Shown here piece after piece: positions 29,409 through 44,221 of a stretch of 64,000 nt of DNA. A program made the translations under genes and the position numbers. The first letter of the stretch is position 1. Every line of letters begins with the position of its first letter. The notes beneath the pieces are model-generated. The model made no database searches and had not been told where the DNA came from. It worked only from the letters and a program-made list of their open reading frames with translations. Source of the DNA: Macrostomum lignano (lineage: Eukaryota); the NCBI GenBank assembly GCA_002269645.1, contig NIVC01001131.1:140979-204978 (forward strand). The letters run 5' to 3'.

Positions 29409-30359
29409 TGTATACTGAACCTGTCAAACTGATTGCCTCATGAGTCACTTTTCTGGGTATGTGTAGGAGAGAGAGGCCTGGGAGAGACAAGGGCTCGATT
29501 TGGTAAAAGATTGACTCGATTCTGTTGGGGGATCCTCTGGCCCCATTCGTATTGGCTAATTTGACGAATTGGCAAATCTACTGTACTTGCATGGGTTAAA
29601 TTATTGAATATGGTCAGATTTTAAGAATTTGGAGGATGAATCGAGATGTAAAGTTGGCAACAACGACACTGATTCACCACAACTAAAAGATGACTGCTAG
29701 GAGCTTCGGAAATAAGACTACTGTACACAGCAGCATCAACAAAAGGTATAAAATTGTCAATCGAAATCGACCCGTAGATGTGCGATTTTGCAGGGTTCTT
29801 AGTGTTCATATGTGCATCGAAAAATTTTGTTTCTTGCTAACTGCTCCTATGGGGAGGTGGATGACGTAATCAAGATAGGGTTTTGGTTGAAGGAGACTCA
29901 ATATATGAGTCTGTTCTGTGAAAATATCTGTTTGTACACTGAAATTGGAGAGGGGGGGTCGGAATTCCGTGACAGTTAGAAATGGTAAGGTCAGAGAGAC
30001 AGGGACGAGTGGTTCTGTTCGATGGGTCTGTGCTGTGAAGACGAGTCTAATGACAATTGGGTGTTGGGTGTTTTGCCAATTTCAGTATACTAAACTTGTC
30101 TAACTGATTGTCTCATAAGCCACTTTTCTCAGTGGGTTCAGAAGGAGAGAGAGAGTTTGGGAGAGACAGTTTAAATTTCAATTGAAATCAACGGGCCGCT
30201 TTACCGACTGTATATGTTAAAATTATTATAGCTAGGTTTATACAAACTGTACGTTTTAACCCAATATTCAAGAATAATCCCTTCCCTGACTTCTTGAGGG
30301 GCATTACACGTACCAAATACACACATTTGAATGATGAAACAGCATTTTGACGATTAATT

Positions 30360-31340
30360 TGTAAAAATTATGGTTTCTGCTGATGAAGTGATTGATTTTG
30401 TTCAAGAAAGTCTGCATTTTAATGTTAAAAAGATTAAAAACTGTGAAAATTGGCCTTTTTAAACGAAAATGTGCAATTTATAGTAATTTAGCTTTCAATG
30501 AAAATGTCTTGGGTGGAATTCCAACTTGGGCAGGGGTGTGCATATGGAGATCAGTGTGTGACTCATTCCTGCTCGAAAGCTGTCTCTTGCCAACTTTGAA
30601 ATCAGCATTTGGACAAATTAGCGGGTGAAATCATGGTTTTTGGGATGAAACTACAAAGTTTGATCAATTCGCATTTCGCATTTTAACGTTAGAAAATAAT
30701 AAAACTGTGAAAATTGGCCTTTATTAAACCAAAGAATGAGAAATTCTAAGAATTAGCTTTAAAAAACCATAGCTTTAGTGGAAATTGGACGGCTCGGGTA
30801 ATCCGTGTGCGATTATAATTCCTGCTCAAAGCTGTCTCAGAGTTCCAGAAGTAGCATTTGTGATCATTTTGTGTTAAAATTGTGGTTTTTAGTGATGAAA
30901 CTACTGATTTTGATCAATAAAGTCTGCATTTTAATGTAAAAAATGCGTAAAAACTGTGAAAAATTGTATTTTCTTATGAAAAATGCTCATTTCTAGCAAT
31001 TTAGGCTTCAATAGCCATTTCTTTGGTTGATTCTGGGCTGGCCCAGCTGGCTGGATGTTCGTGCGGGGTTCATTCTTGCTTCAAAGCTGTCTAAGGTCAA
31101 GTTGAAAACGACATTTGGACAAATTAGCTGTTGAAGTAGCTATGGTTTCTAATGATGAAACTACTGATTTGGATCAATAAAGTCTACATTTTAACGTTAA
31201 AATCGTTAAAAACTGTGAAAATTGTATTTTCTTATGAAAAATGCTCATTTCTAGTCATTTAGCTTTCAAAATAACCAAATTTCTTGTTTAAAATTCCAAC
31301 TTGACTTTGTATATGGAGAGGTCAGTGCATGATTCATTCC
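30360..31340. repeat. Degenerate tandem repeat, ~260-bp period, about four units
   Basis: gatgaaactac(t)gatt(t)tgatcaataaagtctgcatttt...aaaactgtgaaaattg recurs near 30380, 30645, 30895 and 31155. Confidence 0.7.
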
Positions 31341-34241
31341 TGCTTCGAACAGATTAAACCATCTCAGGACCAAGTGTAGTGTGAGCATCTTTTGCGATAG
31401 CCTTGTATTCTATTAGTTAGGTTTTGCATTATTGTTATTGAATTGTTATTTTGCTTTAGTTTAGTCATGCGTTTTTGGTGTACTTTTTTCTTGTTAGTTA
31501 GGGTTTATTTTGCGTAAACAGGCTAGAAGTCAGACGTGAGAAGTGAGACTCAGCGGAGGGTTGAGTTCTCTGCGAACCCCAGCTTTGCGCGGTCAGCCAA
31601 TCAGAACCGGCCTGGACCCTGGCACGCGGCAAGTTCCAGTTCTACCCGGCGCCGCGGGCACAGTGCAATTCGGCTTAAGCAAGCGGCCGGCCAGACGACC
31701 ACCGCCCGGCTTGAGGGGGGTTTCGAGGGGTTGTGACTCTGACTATATATGAAAGTGTGTTTGGCAATCAGATCTCACTTTTTCCCTTCTCTTTCCTGCT
31801 CCGTCCCCGGTTTTGGTTTGTGTTCCAGCTTCCCGGCCGGTGGCCTGTTCCCTTTGGTTCGCGCTTTGAGGCGTTTTGATTTCGTCACCCCGGTCCATAC
31901 TTTGTTCCCCGCCCAACCGCTTCAGTCTTGTGGCGTAACGTCTACGGCAAATTCCTGTCTGAAGTCGTCGCTGTCAAGCGCGGTAAGATAGAGACTGTCG
32001 GATCTGATCAAGTACGCGGCCTCGACCCCGAGGGCCTCAGTGTCACACTGAAGGGCAGTGCCGATAGAATTTAGTCGGTACTCCGTTGAACGGTCGGTTC
32101 GGCAGGGCTCTCGTTCGAGTGTAGGTTCTGGTTTAGGCCAGGGGTTAGGAGTCTTCTCCGTGGTCGTGTTCGGTTCTTCTTCCTCTTCTTCTTCAGCTGA
32201 GATGTGCTTGCCAGTTGCGTAATCTAATTATTATTATTATTAACCGTTATCGTCGTTTTGTCAACTCTAGTTATCTGCGCCGCTTTGAATTTGAATCTTG
32301 TAACTTGAAGAAATCAAATTAAATCGTCTAGCCAATTATCAGTTTGTATCATATAGGATCATCACTCTCTAAATCTTTCGGTTTGTGTTCCCTCGTGTTC
32401 TTTCTTTTCTTGTACTGTACCTGCGGCTATTGGAGAAAGACTGGTAGGACTCGCCGACCGGCGATAGGCGATTAGGATTAATAGCTTTAAAATCTCCGAA
32501 CGCTCCAAGTAGGTTTGTCTAGGGCCTAACTAATTGCTTACCGTGCATGCTATTTATCTAATTGCCTATTCATCACACAAGTCTGAAAGCTTGAAGTAAA
32601 TAAGGGCAGGAGAGGCGTGGCGGAGGTAGAATTGCATATTTAAATATGTGGACTTCACTACTTCTAGTATAACGCAAGGGTAAGAGACAATATGCAAAAG
32701 TGTTAGAATCAAGTATAATATCAGAATTGCATTGCGGTGGAGACACTGATTCATAGGCTGTGTACATTGACAGATGCAGGGGTATTGAGTCGATGCAGGT
32801 GGAGGTTGACTCGGATTTGCTCAGATTCGCGGGGTTGATATGTGCATTAAAAGTTAGTTTCTTGCTAACTGGGGCGGCATGGATGACGTAATTGGAGAAG
32901 AGGGGTTTTGCTGAATGAGGTTTAATATAGGGTCTGTGCTGTGAAAAGATCTGTTTGTACACTAAAAATGGGGAGAGGGGTCGGAAATCCGGCAATTTAG
33001 AAGGGTGACAGAGAGAACAGGGACGAGTGGTTCAATTCGATTTGCTATATAGGGTCTGCTGACCATTGAAGGGTGGCTGTTTTCGAACAGTCTTGGGGTT
33101 GATTTTGAATATGGCCGGAGATAAAGGGTGATTCAACATGCAACATATTCGATTCCATGGTGTACACCAGCGTCAGTGGCATATTTTGCGGATTAAAGCG
33201 CGACAAGGGGTCTTGGATCATCCGCCCTGTCAAATAGATATATTGTATAAAACATTGCTTTCACAGTCTTGAATTTAGAGGCCAACTAAATAAATATATA
33301 CGTATCAAAGCTCGGCCGGCTTTTTGTGTAAATATATATATATATATATATATACGTCTTTTGAAAACTTATTTGACTCGGGGAGAGGCGTTGGGAATGA
33401 CGGAATGACGTATTTGTCCTGGAGTGGTGACGAGGGCTGAATTCTAGAGGGATGAAGTATGGAAGGAGTGGATATAACAGTGTGGACAGCGATTTTTGGC
33501 TGACTCATGCCTCCTCCGCCAAGTTTGGGGGGGGGTGGGCGACGGTTTCTGCGTACTGTTTGCTTTTTGAGGGTCAGCAGAATATGAAGAATTAATTCTT
33601 GGATGTGCGGACCACTTTGCAAATTTTGGAGTATAATATGGGTGGGTGGGCGCTTCTGCATGTTCTCTGTTTCAACTATATAAATGAAAATAAAATAAAC
33701 ATGATATCAGCTTTTTCAATATAAAAAGGTAAAATTATGAATGCAAAAATTTTCAGTAAGAATCTCGACTTTTAAACTCTACTAACGGTAGTATAGCGTA
33801 ATCAGTTACATTTGGTTTTGGGTAATTGACATATAAATATGCATACATGACTCATTTGGCAGTAGATGATGTTGTACAGTTGGCGCACACACACCAACCC
33901 ACCTCTGCAATATATATACTGAGCTGTACACGTAACAATTAGTGTTTCGAGTTGGAATTGTACATATAATCTTGTGGGGTTGACGATTCAAATACGCAAG
34001 AGCGGAGGCCGTCGTGTAGATTGGGGATTCATGTAGACACTGTACATATACAATTTGAGATAGATAAGGATTAATGCAGTATATGGGATTAATGTACAAA
34101 TACGAGTACATATTGCTATGTATATCACGCTTAGGATAGCGTTTTCATATACTACTTACTTCATTTTCAGATAGTAGTATAATTTGCGTTTTTCGCGTCA
34201 AAATTCTGAAAACCCAGCTCTATCTACGCGTTACGTAGTAC

Positions 34242-34597
34242 CGGACGTTTCGTCAACCGGCATTTCGTCAACCGGCATTTCGTCAACCGGCATTTCGTCA
34301 ACCGGCATTTCGTCAACCGGCATTTCGTCAACCGGCATTTCGTCAAACAGACATTACGGCAACTTAGCAAATTGTAGCGGATTATTATTATAGCTGCACC
34401 AGCCAGAGAAGGCAATGAGTTGGTAATGCATGCGATTTCAAATTTGTTTAAAACGTGTACAATTCTTGGAAAGTAAATTTTCGTAGAAACGTTCGTTCCT
34501 CAATGGTGTCGCAATACTCGTACCATGGTGCGTGGATTGAATCGAATGTCCGGTTGCCGTAATGTCTCGTTGACGAAATACCAGTTGACGAAACGTC
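34242..34597. mobile_element. MITE-like foldback element with an expanded 15-mer in the left arm
   Basis: Left gacgtttcgtcaac(cggcatttcgtcaac)n..agacattacggcaac is inverted at the right end as gttgccgtaatgtctcgttgacgaaataccagttgacgaaacgtc. Confidence 0.7.
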
Positions 34598-36910
34598 TTG
34601 GAACCAAATGATTGCACTATCCATACGTTGCGTACACTGTGCATGTACATGTAACTGCATCCAAGGGCGTAAAAAACATTAATTAAGTACTTATAAGTCA
34701 CCCTTGACATGAATGGTATAGCTAATTTCTTCATATATATATATATATATATATCGGTACCTACGTAGGCATACATGTATGACAGCAGCGTCGATTGTAC
34801 AAATTATATAATTTACTCGTTTTACACGTACCTCTCTTCACCCTTGTCTGCATATACGAGTGTACGCTCTCTAGATAGGTTTGCCGGTACGAGACATGAT
34901 CTATAAATAAATAGGCGCCCAGCAGAAGTGTAAAAATACAGTATAATTTTTGCTAAAAATCGGCTGAAATTTGGCGTAGGTAAGTACTTACATAAATTAA
35001 ATTTACACTGCATCGACATCGTACGAATACTGCATGGCCGCGTCTGCCCAGACGACGAAATGTTTGTAGATAAATGCTTGTACTCGTATATATCCATATA
35101 CATGTACGTGAGCTACATGCATACGCGAGTATAGCTACAAGTACAAGTAACTCGATAATACTTTTATCTGCCTAAGCCAACGCAATAATTACATACATAA
35201 TGATGAAAGACTGACAGCAGATGTCCTATGTCATGCATTTAAATTACTCCCAATTATTTGGGTTTGGTGAACTTTCAATCACAGTAATGTTAAATTACAA
35301 AATAATTTAGGCTCGTTTGTGTTATAAAGTGGAGAACTTCAAGTAAGAAGCTTTCGATTATTTTAAAATTGCATCAAGGATCTGCTGTAGCAGTAACATC
35401 CCCACGCGCACTCAATGAACCGGAAATCTGTGTTCTGTCAGACAATAAATACACAGGCACAGCCGCCTTCTACTCCTCCACCTTTTTGAGTGGCTAACCA
35501 ACACTCGCAAACACCAGCTGGAGTTGCTCGCTACACTAGCTTTGTGCGAACTTTGATCTTGTATACGGGGTCAGGATCAAGCGAGTCAATTTATCAAACC
35601 AGAGCAGTTTAGTTATCAAAAATGTTTTCAGTTTAGTGTACTCCGTATAAACAATTTCCCATTCAATTAAAAAAACTCGCATTCTTCGGGTTCTTCGAAC
35701 ATCTCCTCGGTGCTCATTCTTCTTCTTATTTGTTATATTCTTTTAAAGATGAATTCAGTGTACGCACTCAGTTCAAAGAGGGATGCCATATAGAGAGCAC
35801 AGACAGTTGCTGTATTTTTTGTTAGCTTTAAAAGTGTCCGATAAAGGGGTCCGCTCTGTTACAGTACACTAGAAAAAATGCGCACCAACAATATTGTGCA
35901 GAAATTGAATGCAGCATGCCGAAATTGAATAGGAAGTCTGCATGCATGAACAAGTTTTATCCGTAGACAGAATGAACGCCCTTACTACAAAGAAAGGATA
36001 TCCGATTGCCGAAGTTGAATGGATCCATACCGAATTCATATGACGGTTGAAGTAGCTAAATTTGGAAGGATGAAATTAAATGTCATTTTTCCGAAACAGA
36101 ATGCGAGTTTTGTTGACATTGAACAGAAAAAAGTGTACTAGCAGTCAGAACTTGCTAAGGGCGAGGAAACGGAGGGTGAAAGAAAGGAACGCAAAGCATC
36201 TTCCTTTAAAGTCTTACGCGTGGGCTTGACTTGACTTGGCTCCGCGGGCATCCGGATACAGCGAGGAGGCGTTGCCGCCCATTCTGCTAACCCCTGGCGA
36301 CCACAGGCAGCTGCAGTGCTGCGGTGTCGCGCATGGAGACCCGGTGGTGCCGGTGTCCACAGCGTGGTCCCCCTCTTGAGAGTCCAGAAGTTGATGGTCG
36401 CTCACCCGCAGTAGCCCATAGGTAGTGTGGACGAGTTGGCTGAATTCTCGGAACTGAAAACGTCGTAAGGGCTGGGTTTGAGCCGAGTTAGGTGAGCCTG
36501 TCTTGAGTAATGACCGCGCATTTAAAGATGGCTTGCTCCATATTCTCAACTCAGGCGGAGATACAGAAAGCGAATTCCCTCGCCTAGAGGGGATATTTCC
36601 AAGCAGAGCTCTGCAGAGGGCGGGGGGGGAGGCGGAGACAGCCGCGCGGGAAACTGCCGTCAGTCGGGGGTGTTAGCCCAACTAGCTCGTACTTACAAGA
36701 GAGCTGATACTTTATTTGCAAATATCGATCGATCAGTCCATCAATCTTTCATTTGAATATCATGGCGCCTATTTCTGATCTATTTCTTTCAAAAATGCGG
36801 GCCATGTCTATGGCCAAGCCTACACGCCGCTCATTCAGCCAAGGCATTTCGATTTTCAGATACACACTTTGATTGTAACACATGCACTGAAGTTCAACGG
36901 ACATTGAAAA

Positions 36911-39900
36911 ATGCATCACGGTGGTTGGATGAGACTGTTAAGTCTTCGCATGCCAGGATCGCTGCTTCTACAACTTCTGTTACTGCTATTTTCCTGCGAA
37001 ATCCATGCAACACTTGAACGTGGTACATTTGTGTCACGGGAAGAATATTATCGTAGAATTAATGCAGATAACACAAACGAAGGTAAGATTCACACGTTGA
37101 TCTAGCTAATTAAATTCACATTTCCTATCTGTTCCAATGTATACGCTATGGCACTAGTGAGAGCATTTTGATACTAAAATTGTTTGTCCAACTGTCTGGC
37201 TCTGTTGCACAATAAGACTTATCAGATCCTCAGTTGCTTGGCCAGCCTCCCAGATCCTCAGTTGTTGGGCCAGCCTCCCAGATCCTCAGTTGCTGGGCCA
37301 GCCTCCTAGATCCTCAGTTGCTGGGCCAGCCTCCCAGATCCTCAGTTGCTGGGCCAGCCTCCCAGATCCTCAGTTGCTGGGCCAACCTCCCAGATCCTCA
37401 GTTGCCGGGCCAGCCTCCCAGATCCTCACTTTCGCCGAAAATACACTACGGAGATAGGAAGTTTTCATTTATTCGGAACAAAAATTGTTATTTCTTTCGA
37501 TAGGAGGCAGACCCAATGTTCATCTTTTGATATGTTGTACATTTCTTATAGCTCTATTGATATTGATCCTAAAGCTTCTTGTTTATAAAATTAGGATTCT
37601 ATGTTATTTTTTCATTCTACGTACATTATCTGGACCTAAAAATCATAAAAATGCACAGCTAGAATCTTTGGTTTTATGATTATCATCTCTGTTACACAAA
37701 TTGTTACACAATCAGCTAGGAATAACAAAATATATTCATAAAATCCATGAGCTAAGCCGTGCCTTTTTCTTTTCAATGGTTTTTAGGTACAGGACATGCA
37801 ATTGTACGTAGAATAAGAAATTAACACAGAATAAAAAAGCAAAAATCAAAATAGTAAAAAGGATGAACATTGGGTCCGTCTCCTATCGAAAGCAATAACA
37901 ACTTTTGTGCTAAAAAAACGAAAATTTCCCATTTCAGTCAGTGTTTTGTTCGGCGAAAAGTGGCCTTCAAAACATTTTACATAGATTTCCACAGAGGCCC
38001 ACCCTCCAGATCCTTGGGTAAAAAGTAATGATTAATTAAAAGTAGTAAATATTTTGTACATGTAGCAAAACCACTTGATCGCGCTTTGCAGAGCGTCTGT
38101 ATCTGGAGAATTGCGCTCAGAGCTCGGACACTGGCCACTGCAGTCTCGCTATTGACAACCAGATCATACAAGAGTGGACTCAGTGCTCGTCTACGGCTTC
38201 AGAGACGCAACCTTGGTGGAATGTAATAAATTTAATTATAGTTAGCCTATGCGTGTTGAAACGGGTTGAAACGCACGGCATCCCGCGCGCTGCGATTATC
38301 TATGGCCGACTTCCATAAGTAAAAAGCCTCGTATGCATTTAAGTATCTAGTTAATGTTTCTACAACTTGTAGATTTTGAATCAGGGGTCGGCAAACTTTT
38401 TTACCGTAAGGCCCAGATAGAGAACCTAGCGCATGACTGTGGGCTAGAGGATGGGACAGAGGAGAGACAATTGAGAAGAGAAATAGGAGAAAAGAGAAGA
38501 GGGAATAAAAGAGACGAGAGGAGAGAAGAGATAAAGTAGGAGAGAAGAGAGGAGAGGAGAGAAGGAGAGGAGAGGAGAGGAGAGGAGAGGAGAGGAGAGG
38601 AGAGGAGTGGAGAAGAGAGGAGAGGAAAGGAGAGGAGAGGAGAGGAGAGGAGAGGAGAGGAGAGGAGAGGAGAGGAGAGGAGAGGAGAGGAGAGGAGTGG
38701 AGAAGAGAGGAGAGGAGTGGAGAAGAGAGGAGAGGAAAGGAGAGGAGAGGAGAGGAGAGGAGAGGAGAGGAGAGGAGAGGAGAGGAGAGGAGAGGAGAGG
38801 AGAGGAGAGGAGAGGAGAGGAGAGGAGAGGAGAGGAGAGGAGAGGAGTGGAGAAGAGAGGAGAGGAAAGGAGAGGAGAGGAGAGGAGAGGAGAGGAGAGG
38901 AGAGGAGAGGAGAGGAGAGGAGAGGAGAGGAGAGGAGAGGAGAAGAAAGGAGAGGAGAGGAGAGGAGAGGAGAGGAGAGGAGAAGAGAGAGGTGACAGAG
39001 GAGAGCAGAAAAGAGACACAAACCCTGAGCATTGCTACTGTGAAGCTTCAAAGGACCCGAGGGCCGGAGTTGGCCGACCCCAGCTCTAAATAATGCTTAG
39101 TATTATCAGTTACTTTTTTCAATTCGCAAAATAAGGAGTTTTGGCCATAGAAATTTTTTAGATTTTGTTCTTTCTTTTTTTCTTTGTCTAGAGTGCTGGT
39201 GTGCTCAGCGCCCCCTCGACCCCGCTTTCTTTTGACTTTGCCATAGACATTTTCAGCGGGCCGTGAAACCAACTGAATGCATTGGAGTAAATGGGATTTT
39301 ACCATAGACAGTCTCAACGGGCCGTAAAACGCGGTTTCACGCCCGCTAACTACGAGTATAATACTAATATGGATGGGCCGCATCGGGGAGAAACGAGCTG
39401 ACACTCCTCGGTGTCATAGCTCGTTTCTGCCCTCTGCAGCCCATCAATATTGGTATATTATACTGTCCGTCAAAAGTTCCGGAACCCTTGCTACGATGTC
39501 TTCTAGCGGACATAATTTCAGTCCGTTTCAATTGTAACTTGATTCAAATGAAAGCTGCGGATCTCAGCTCCATGATGTGGTCAAGAAAAAGTTTATTCGA
39601 AGGAGCGCGTGTGAACAGGCCAGTGTTATGTACATAAAGGTTAGAGAAAAAAAGTGAGGAAAAGACAAACAAGCAATTGTCTATGGTTGCTGAGTCTATG
39701 GAGCAAACAAGTACAAGTACAAGTTATTAAGATAGAACAGGCAATTCATCTACATAAGAGATACCTGCGCACACCATCCGCATTGACTCATGTACTATAC
39801 ATTGGCTTCATTGTGCTACACCCAACAAAACCCATTTCCAGGCTTTCTTGGAAACGCCAGCTTACGTATCTAAAGTGGTAATTCACACCGCGCCTCTACC

Positions 39901-42434
39901 TGACGCGGCAATGCAAAGCGCTCTCAACCAATTTATCATTTATGCTGGCGGAACAGCTTGCTACAGGCATAATGCAGCTGCTTCATTCTCCAGTCGATCG
40001 TTTCCGTGCGACGTGTTCACCGATTTCATCGAGTTGAGCAGCGATAGAAAGGATGCCGTAATGTCCCTTTGCGAAGTTGAAGTCTATGGAAAGGCGCTTG
40101 CGTTCCAGGAACTCGAAAATGGAGCTGCGTAAGTTTAGGGAATTGCTCACGATTCCGTGAAATAGTGGACTATGGACGACTAAATTGCACGCCATACACT
40201 GGCAACTGGCAAGACAGAAAAATTCCATTCTAAGTCGGATATTTCACTCATGCAGTTTTTAGGATTAGCACATATACTCAGCAACATTGAAAAGTCGCCT
40301 CTCTATTGGCCTGTGAGAAATTTCTCTTAGACTATTCTGAAATAAAAGATGCGAGAAACTGATCGGGGTAGCTTTAATCCGTCCAACAAAACCCTCGCAC
40401 ACCGCTCCCCCCACGTCATTCCTCAACTCAAGTCTGCCGCGACGTAGCTAAGTTGCTTTCTTTCTTTCTTAGCTAAGAGTTTCTTTGAGTTTGATTCACA
40501 TTCACACTATAGAGCTTTTTTCAAGAAATTCTACTGAAGATGGGGAAGCACGTAAATGACATGAAAGTTTATGTTGTTCCTATCTACCTCGTACCTAGTG
40601 TATTTTTCTCTCTAGTCTGCTTTTCTTTATAAAATTCGCATATAGTGGGACGTCTACCTGTTGTAAAGTTGATGGATATAGCGATGAATAAATATTTATG
40701 TACAGCCTTTTGATCGCAGATCAGTATTAAATAGTTAGTGTTTTAACGGTTCCTTGTTTTGGCTGTTTATATACATTTTCAACTTCGAATTTCTCAAAAG
40801 TGTGAATTCGACGAAGTGAGTGAAATGTGTCACTTTGTATTTACTTGGAGCTTTGGGCGCTGTGTATTGAAAATGTAAAAATGCACACACAGCGGAAATG
40901 GGAATGAAGATCAACAAAAAAAACTGAAGAACCGTCACCTAAGTAAGTCAAGGCTAGTCGAAATGAAAAGTTTGTAGTACTCGTATTTTGACACGAAGCA
41001 TCAATCCAAAATGTCCGTGTCCATCATATACTCGTAGCACTAGGATTAGCTGCGTCCATGCCTGACGAATTCGAAGTTGAAAAGGTATTTACACTACTTA
41101 GCTTAACAATACTACACCTTTTCACGTTCAGTTTTGATCAAAGTCGGGTTCTAAAAAACTAGCGAAAATTCTATTCATGCTGGGGAAACGCTTGCGGAAA
41201 ATCAATAAAAAAATGCCAATTCAAAACAGACAGAGTTTGTTTTTAAAGATTATGCATTCGAACAAAAAATGAACACAACTTTTAGTGAATAAGTATATAG
41301 GATCGAATCTATTAGTACATGTACATTAGTACATTAGTACATTTGATGCAGAATGAGAATTATCACTCTTCATAGTTTATAATTTCAACGATTTGCTTTC
41401 TAAGATTTGTCGTCTATTTGAAACAGTAGACACCCGCAATAATCTTTTTAGCGAAATCGCGTTAAACTATTGCTCATCATCAGTCGACTGGCAGTTAAAC
41501 ATCTGTAAGCATGCTTTTGACCGCAACTTTGCCGTATTCAATGGCGAACATGGTAAAAAGTGCCTTGACATCCCGAGCGACAAATCTGCAGAAGAAGCTT
41601 GGATGCGCGCCTACTTCAAAGAGTCGGCCCTTGTAAAACACGTCAAGCTCTTCAACCGGATGGACAAATGCTGTAAAAATAGTCTGAACCACTTTACTCT
41701 TCACATTAATTACTATAAATGCTTAGAACACAATGATGCAAATCCATTTGTTACGAAGATCTTTAACTGCACGCGGTTCGGCCATCACGTGCAAGTGGTC
41801 TCGGTACCCGGTGCGGGCCTACATCTGTGCCAATTGCAGGTTTTCGGCTACTCAACATTGCTGCGTCCGACTGAGCTACAAAGTGAGTTCTGCTTTACAA
41901 GTAGCTCGTGTTTTGCGTGTGTCGCAGAGTATGGTGCGGATCCACAACTGGACTCTCGGGGCTTGAGAAAAGCGCCTTTACAGGGTAGAGACCTCTTACA
42001 GAAAAGTGTCAACTTATTTAAGGTTGACCAGCCAAACTGCAGTCTCAGTGATGGCAAACAAGCGCAGACATTTACATTTATTCAGTATTTAATTAATTAA
42101 GTAAAACAAAGTTTTTATTTGTTATTTTATGATATCCAAACCAACTTCCCAATCAGAATATATAGGGTGCTACAAGGACAATCCAAAGCAGCCGGACCTT
42201 GAGCAATTGGTATCGCTAACGTTTATGTCGATTTCAAAATGCCATAGGATGTGTAAACGCCTAAATAAGCTCTATTTTGGACTGCAAAATGGTCGATTGT
42301 GCTATTGCGGCAACAAGTTTGGCAGATATGGCGAAGCAAAGGAACCGAAAGCCTGCGATAAACGGTGCATCTATAGCAAGTCCAAACGGTGCGGCGGTCA
42401 CTATCAGAATAGCGTCTACGAGATTATTCTGTAA
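36911..42434 (+). CDS. Lectin gene G3, complete: signal peptide + FTP + FTP + WSC (exons 36911-37082, 38092-38222, 39842-40128, 41452-41882, 42157-42434)
   Basis: Hydrophobic leader LLLQLLLLLFSCEIHA. All introns GT-AG with compatible phases 1,0,2,1. QSS..C.LAID..C...PWW and LCEVEVYG FTP motifs; WSC cysteine pattern. Confidence 0.85.
37223..37430. repeat. 28-bp minisatellite (cagatcctcagttgctgggccagcctcc) in G3 intron 1
   Basis: About seven tandem copies. Confidence 0.9.
37431..37958. mobile_element. MITE-like element with ~90-bp imperfect inverted arms
   Basis: ttcgccgaaa...ttctttcgataggaggcagacccaatgttcatc is mirrored by gatgaacattgggtccgtctcctatcgaaag...ttcggcgaaa. A related half copy lies at ~49960-50220. 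Confidence 0.7.
38382..39083. mobile_element. hAT/Charlie-type non-autonomous element containing an (AGGAG)n tract (~38535-38985)
   Basis: TIRs CAGGGGTCGGCAAAC / GTTGGCCGACCCCAG (2 mismatches), as in MER58-like hAT MITEs. 8-bp flanks ttttgaat / ctctaaat match only partly. Confidence 0.65.
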
Positions 42435-43377
42435 ATTAGCAGCTATAATTTTTTTCCTCTATTTTGATTTTTGAGAGTGTGTCGGTCCTGAACAGAAGAG
42501 TACCAAGCTAACATAGAGAGCCAATATAGCTAATATAGCCAATATTAGCCAATATAGCCAATAGAGCCAAATCATCGGGCTCCTAATTTTCGACCATAGA
42601 CAAATGTGTCCGACTGGAAATGGATTTGTAATGAATATATATAGAGATGGTAATCATGATATCACTCGCGATCCCACAATACAATATATATAATAGAGTA
42701 TACAATATATTTATATTGTATCAGAATTACCATCTCTATATATAAATTCATTCCAAATCCATAGATATATAGTAGCTCGTGTTTATATATATGCGAGTTA
42801 TTTGAAAGTAACTAGCTGGTTATGAGCGTGCCACAGAGAATGGGTTTCGACTTCTGCTTTAATAGTAGTATTGGCTCTCTATGTTAGATCCTGATACTAT
42901 TTGTCCGGACAGTGCTGTTTTGTATTGGAGGCAAAACAAACATGTAGTTAGAACACGAGACAGCTATAGATTAGCAGAAAATGCTTTACTGTTATTATAT
43001 AATTAGCATTTTCTTATTGGACCTTATAAAAGTGCGGTCATTTTTTAATTTAAATTCCGTCTTTATCTGTCTTGTCCTGCCTTCATGTACGTGTATTTAT
43101 AGTGCTCATTATCATTAAAACTAAAAATCCTTTGTGACTAAGCACCATAGTCAGTTAAATATGTATGTAAATTTCTTCCCTAAGAGTTTTTCTCTGGGTA
43201 ACACCTCGTAAATGTAATTTCATTTTCTAGTAGTACATATATACTGTATGTCTGAATGACTGAAAGTACACAAAAGCTTGGTGATCTCTGAGTTCTTTGT
43301 AAGGTTTTTAAAATTAGTAAATTAAAACAAGGCGTTAGTTTCTTATGTTTTTTGTTGATAATATTAAAAATTGATTA

Positions 43378-43671
43378 CACCTGCCCTAATTAGCTAAAAC
43401 CTAATGGGCAGATGTGCAACCAACAGCTCAGCCGCAGCTATTGCGCGGCGCATCTGAAGGCTGCGTACGGCTGTTCAGTCCAAGGCTGGGGTCGCCACAC
43501 AAACCCTTAATTAGCCCAGTTAATGCTGGCACCCATTTTACCGCTAGATGAACTAAGGCAATGCAGAGTTAAGTGTCTTACTTAAGGATACAAATTGTTC
43601 CAGTGGGATCAGGAATCGAACCCCCGACCTTCAAGTCGTGAGTCCTACGCTCTGACCACTAGGCTACAACC
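43378..43671 (-). mobile_element. tRNA-derived SINE (counterpart of 25991-26270)
   Basis: Same head, core and tail. Confidence 0.85.
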
Positions 43672-44221
43672 CCCATTTCATTGAAGACTAGCTTGTAATA
43701 ATATAGACAGGTGATTCAGTTGAACAGTTTGAAATTTGAAACCGTGTCTAAAGTACATAGATTAATTGTTAATTTAGAGTACGGGCGTTCTCTGATCTCA
43801 CAGATTTTATACTGGAGTATAGCTGCACTTGGAATTTTACAAATATGAAAAATCACCAATTCTGTAGGCGCTTGATGTTTTCAGCCAAGTAAATAATACA
43901 AGTGTCGCTAAAATTGATTAAAACTATGCTAGCTATTTAAAATTTAGCGGGTCTCCGGTTTTGACAGTTTAATATACCCACGTACATGTACGAGTAGCTA
44001 GAAAGAGTTTTTGGAGTCATTTACATGTAAGTATAGAGGATCTGAGTTGTTGTAGAATATATATAGATATCTTCAATAGTACCCAGATATTTAGAACTCT
44101 ACAGAATTGAATAAATTAGATAAGGAGGCTTGATACAGTACCTTGTACCAAGGACCACTAGGAACACTTTGTTATATAAGGACGTTATCCTAGTAGTCCT
44201 TGCCTTGTACATGTCTTATTG

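Noticed and set aside
31376-32460. Solo LTR (CCAAT, TATA-like, GC-rich)
   Set aside because: No convincing TG...CA ends, TSD, PBS or second copy in the window.
36214-36660. GC-rich 111-aa minus-strand ORF
   Set aside because: No recognisable motif; may be a TE fragment but cannot be assigned.
38247-39089. SSPLL / EERRG repeat proteins
   Set aside because: Translations of the (AGGAG)n microsatellite inside a MITE in an intron.
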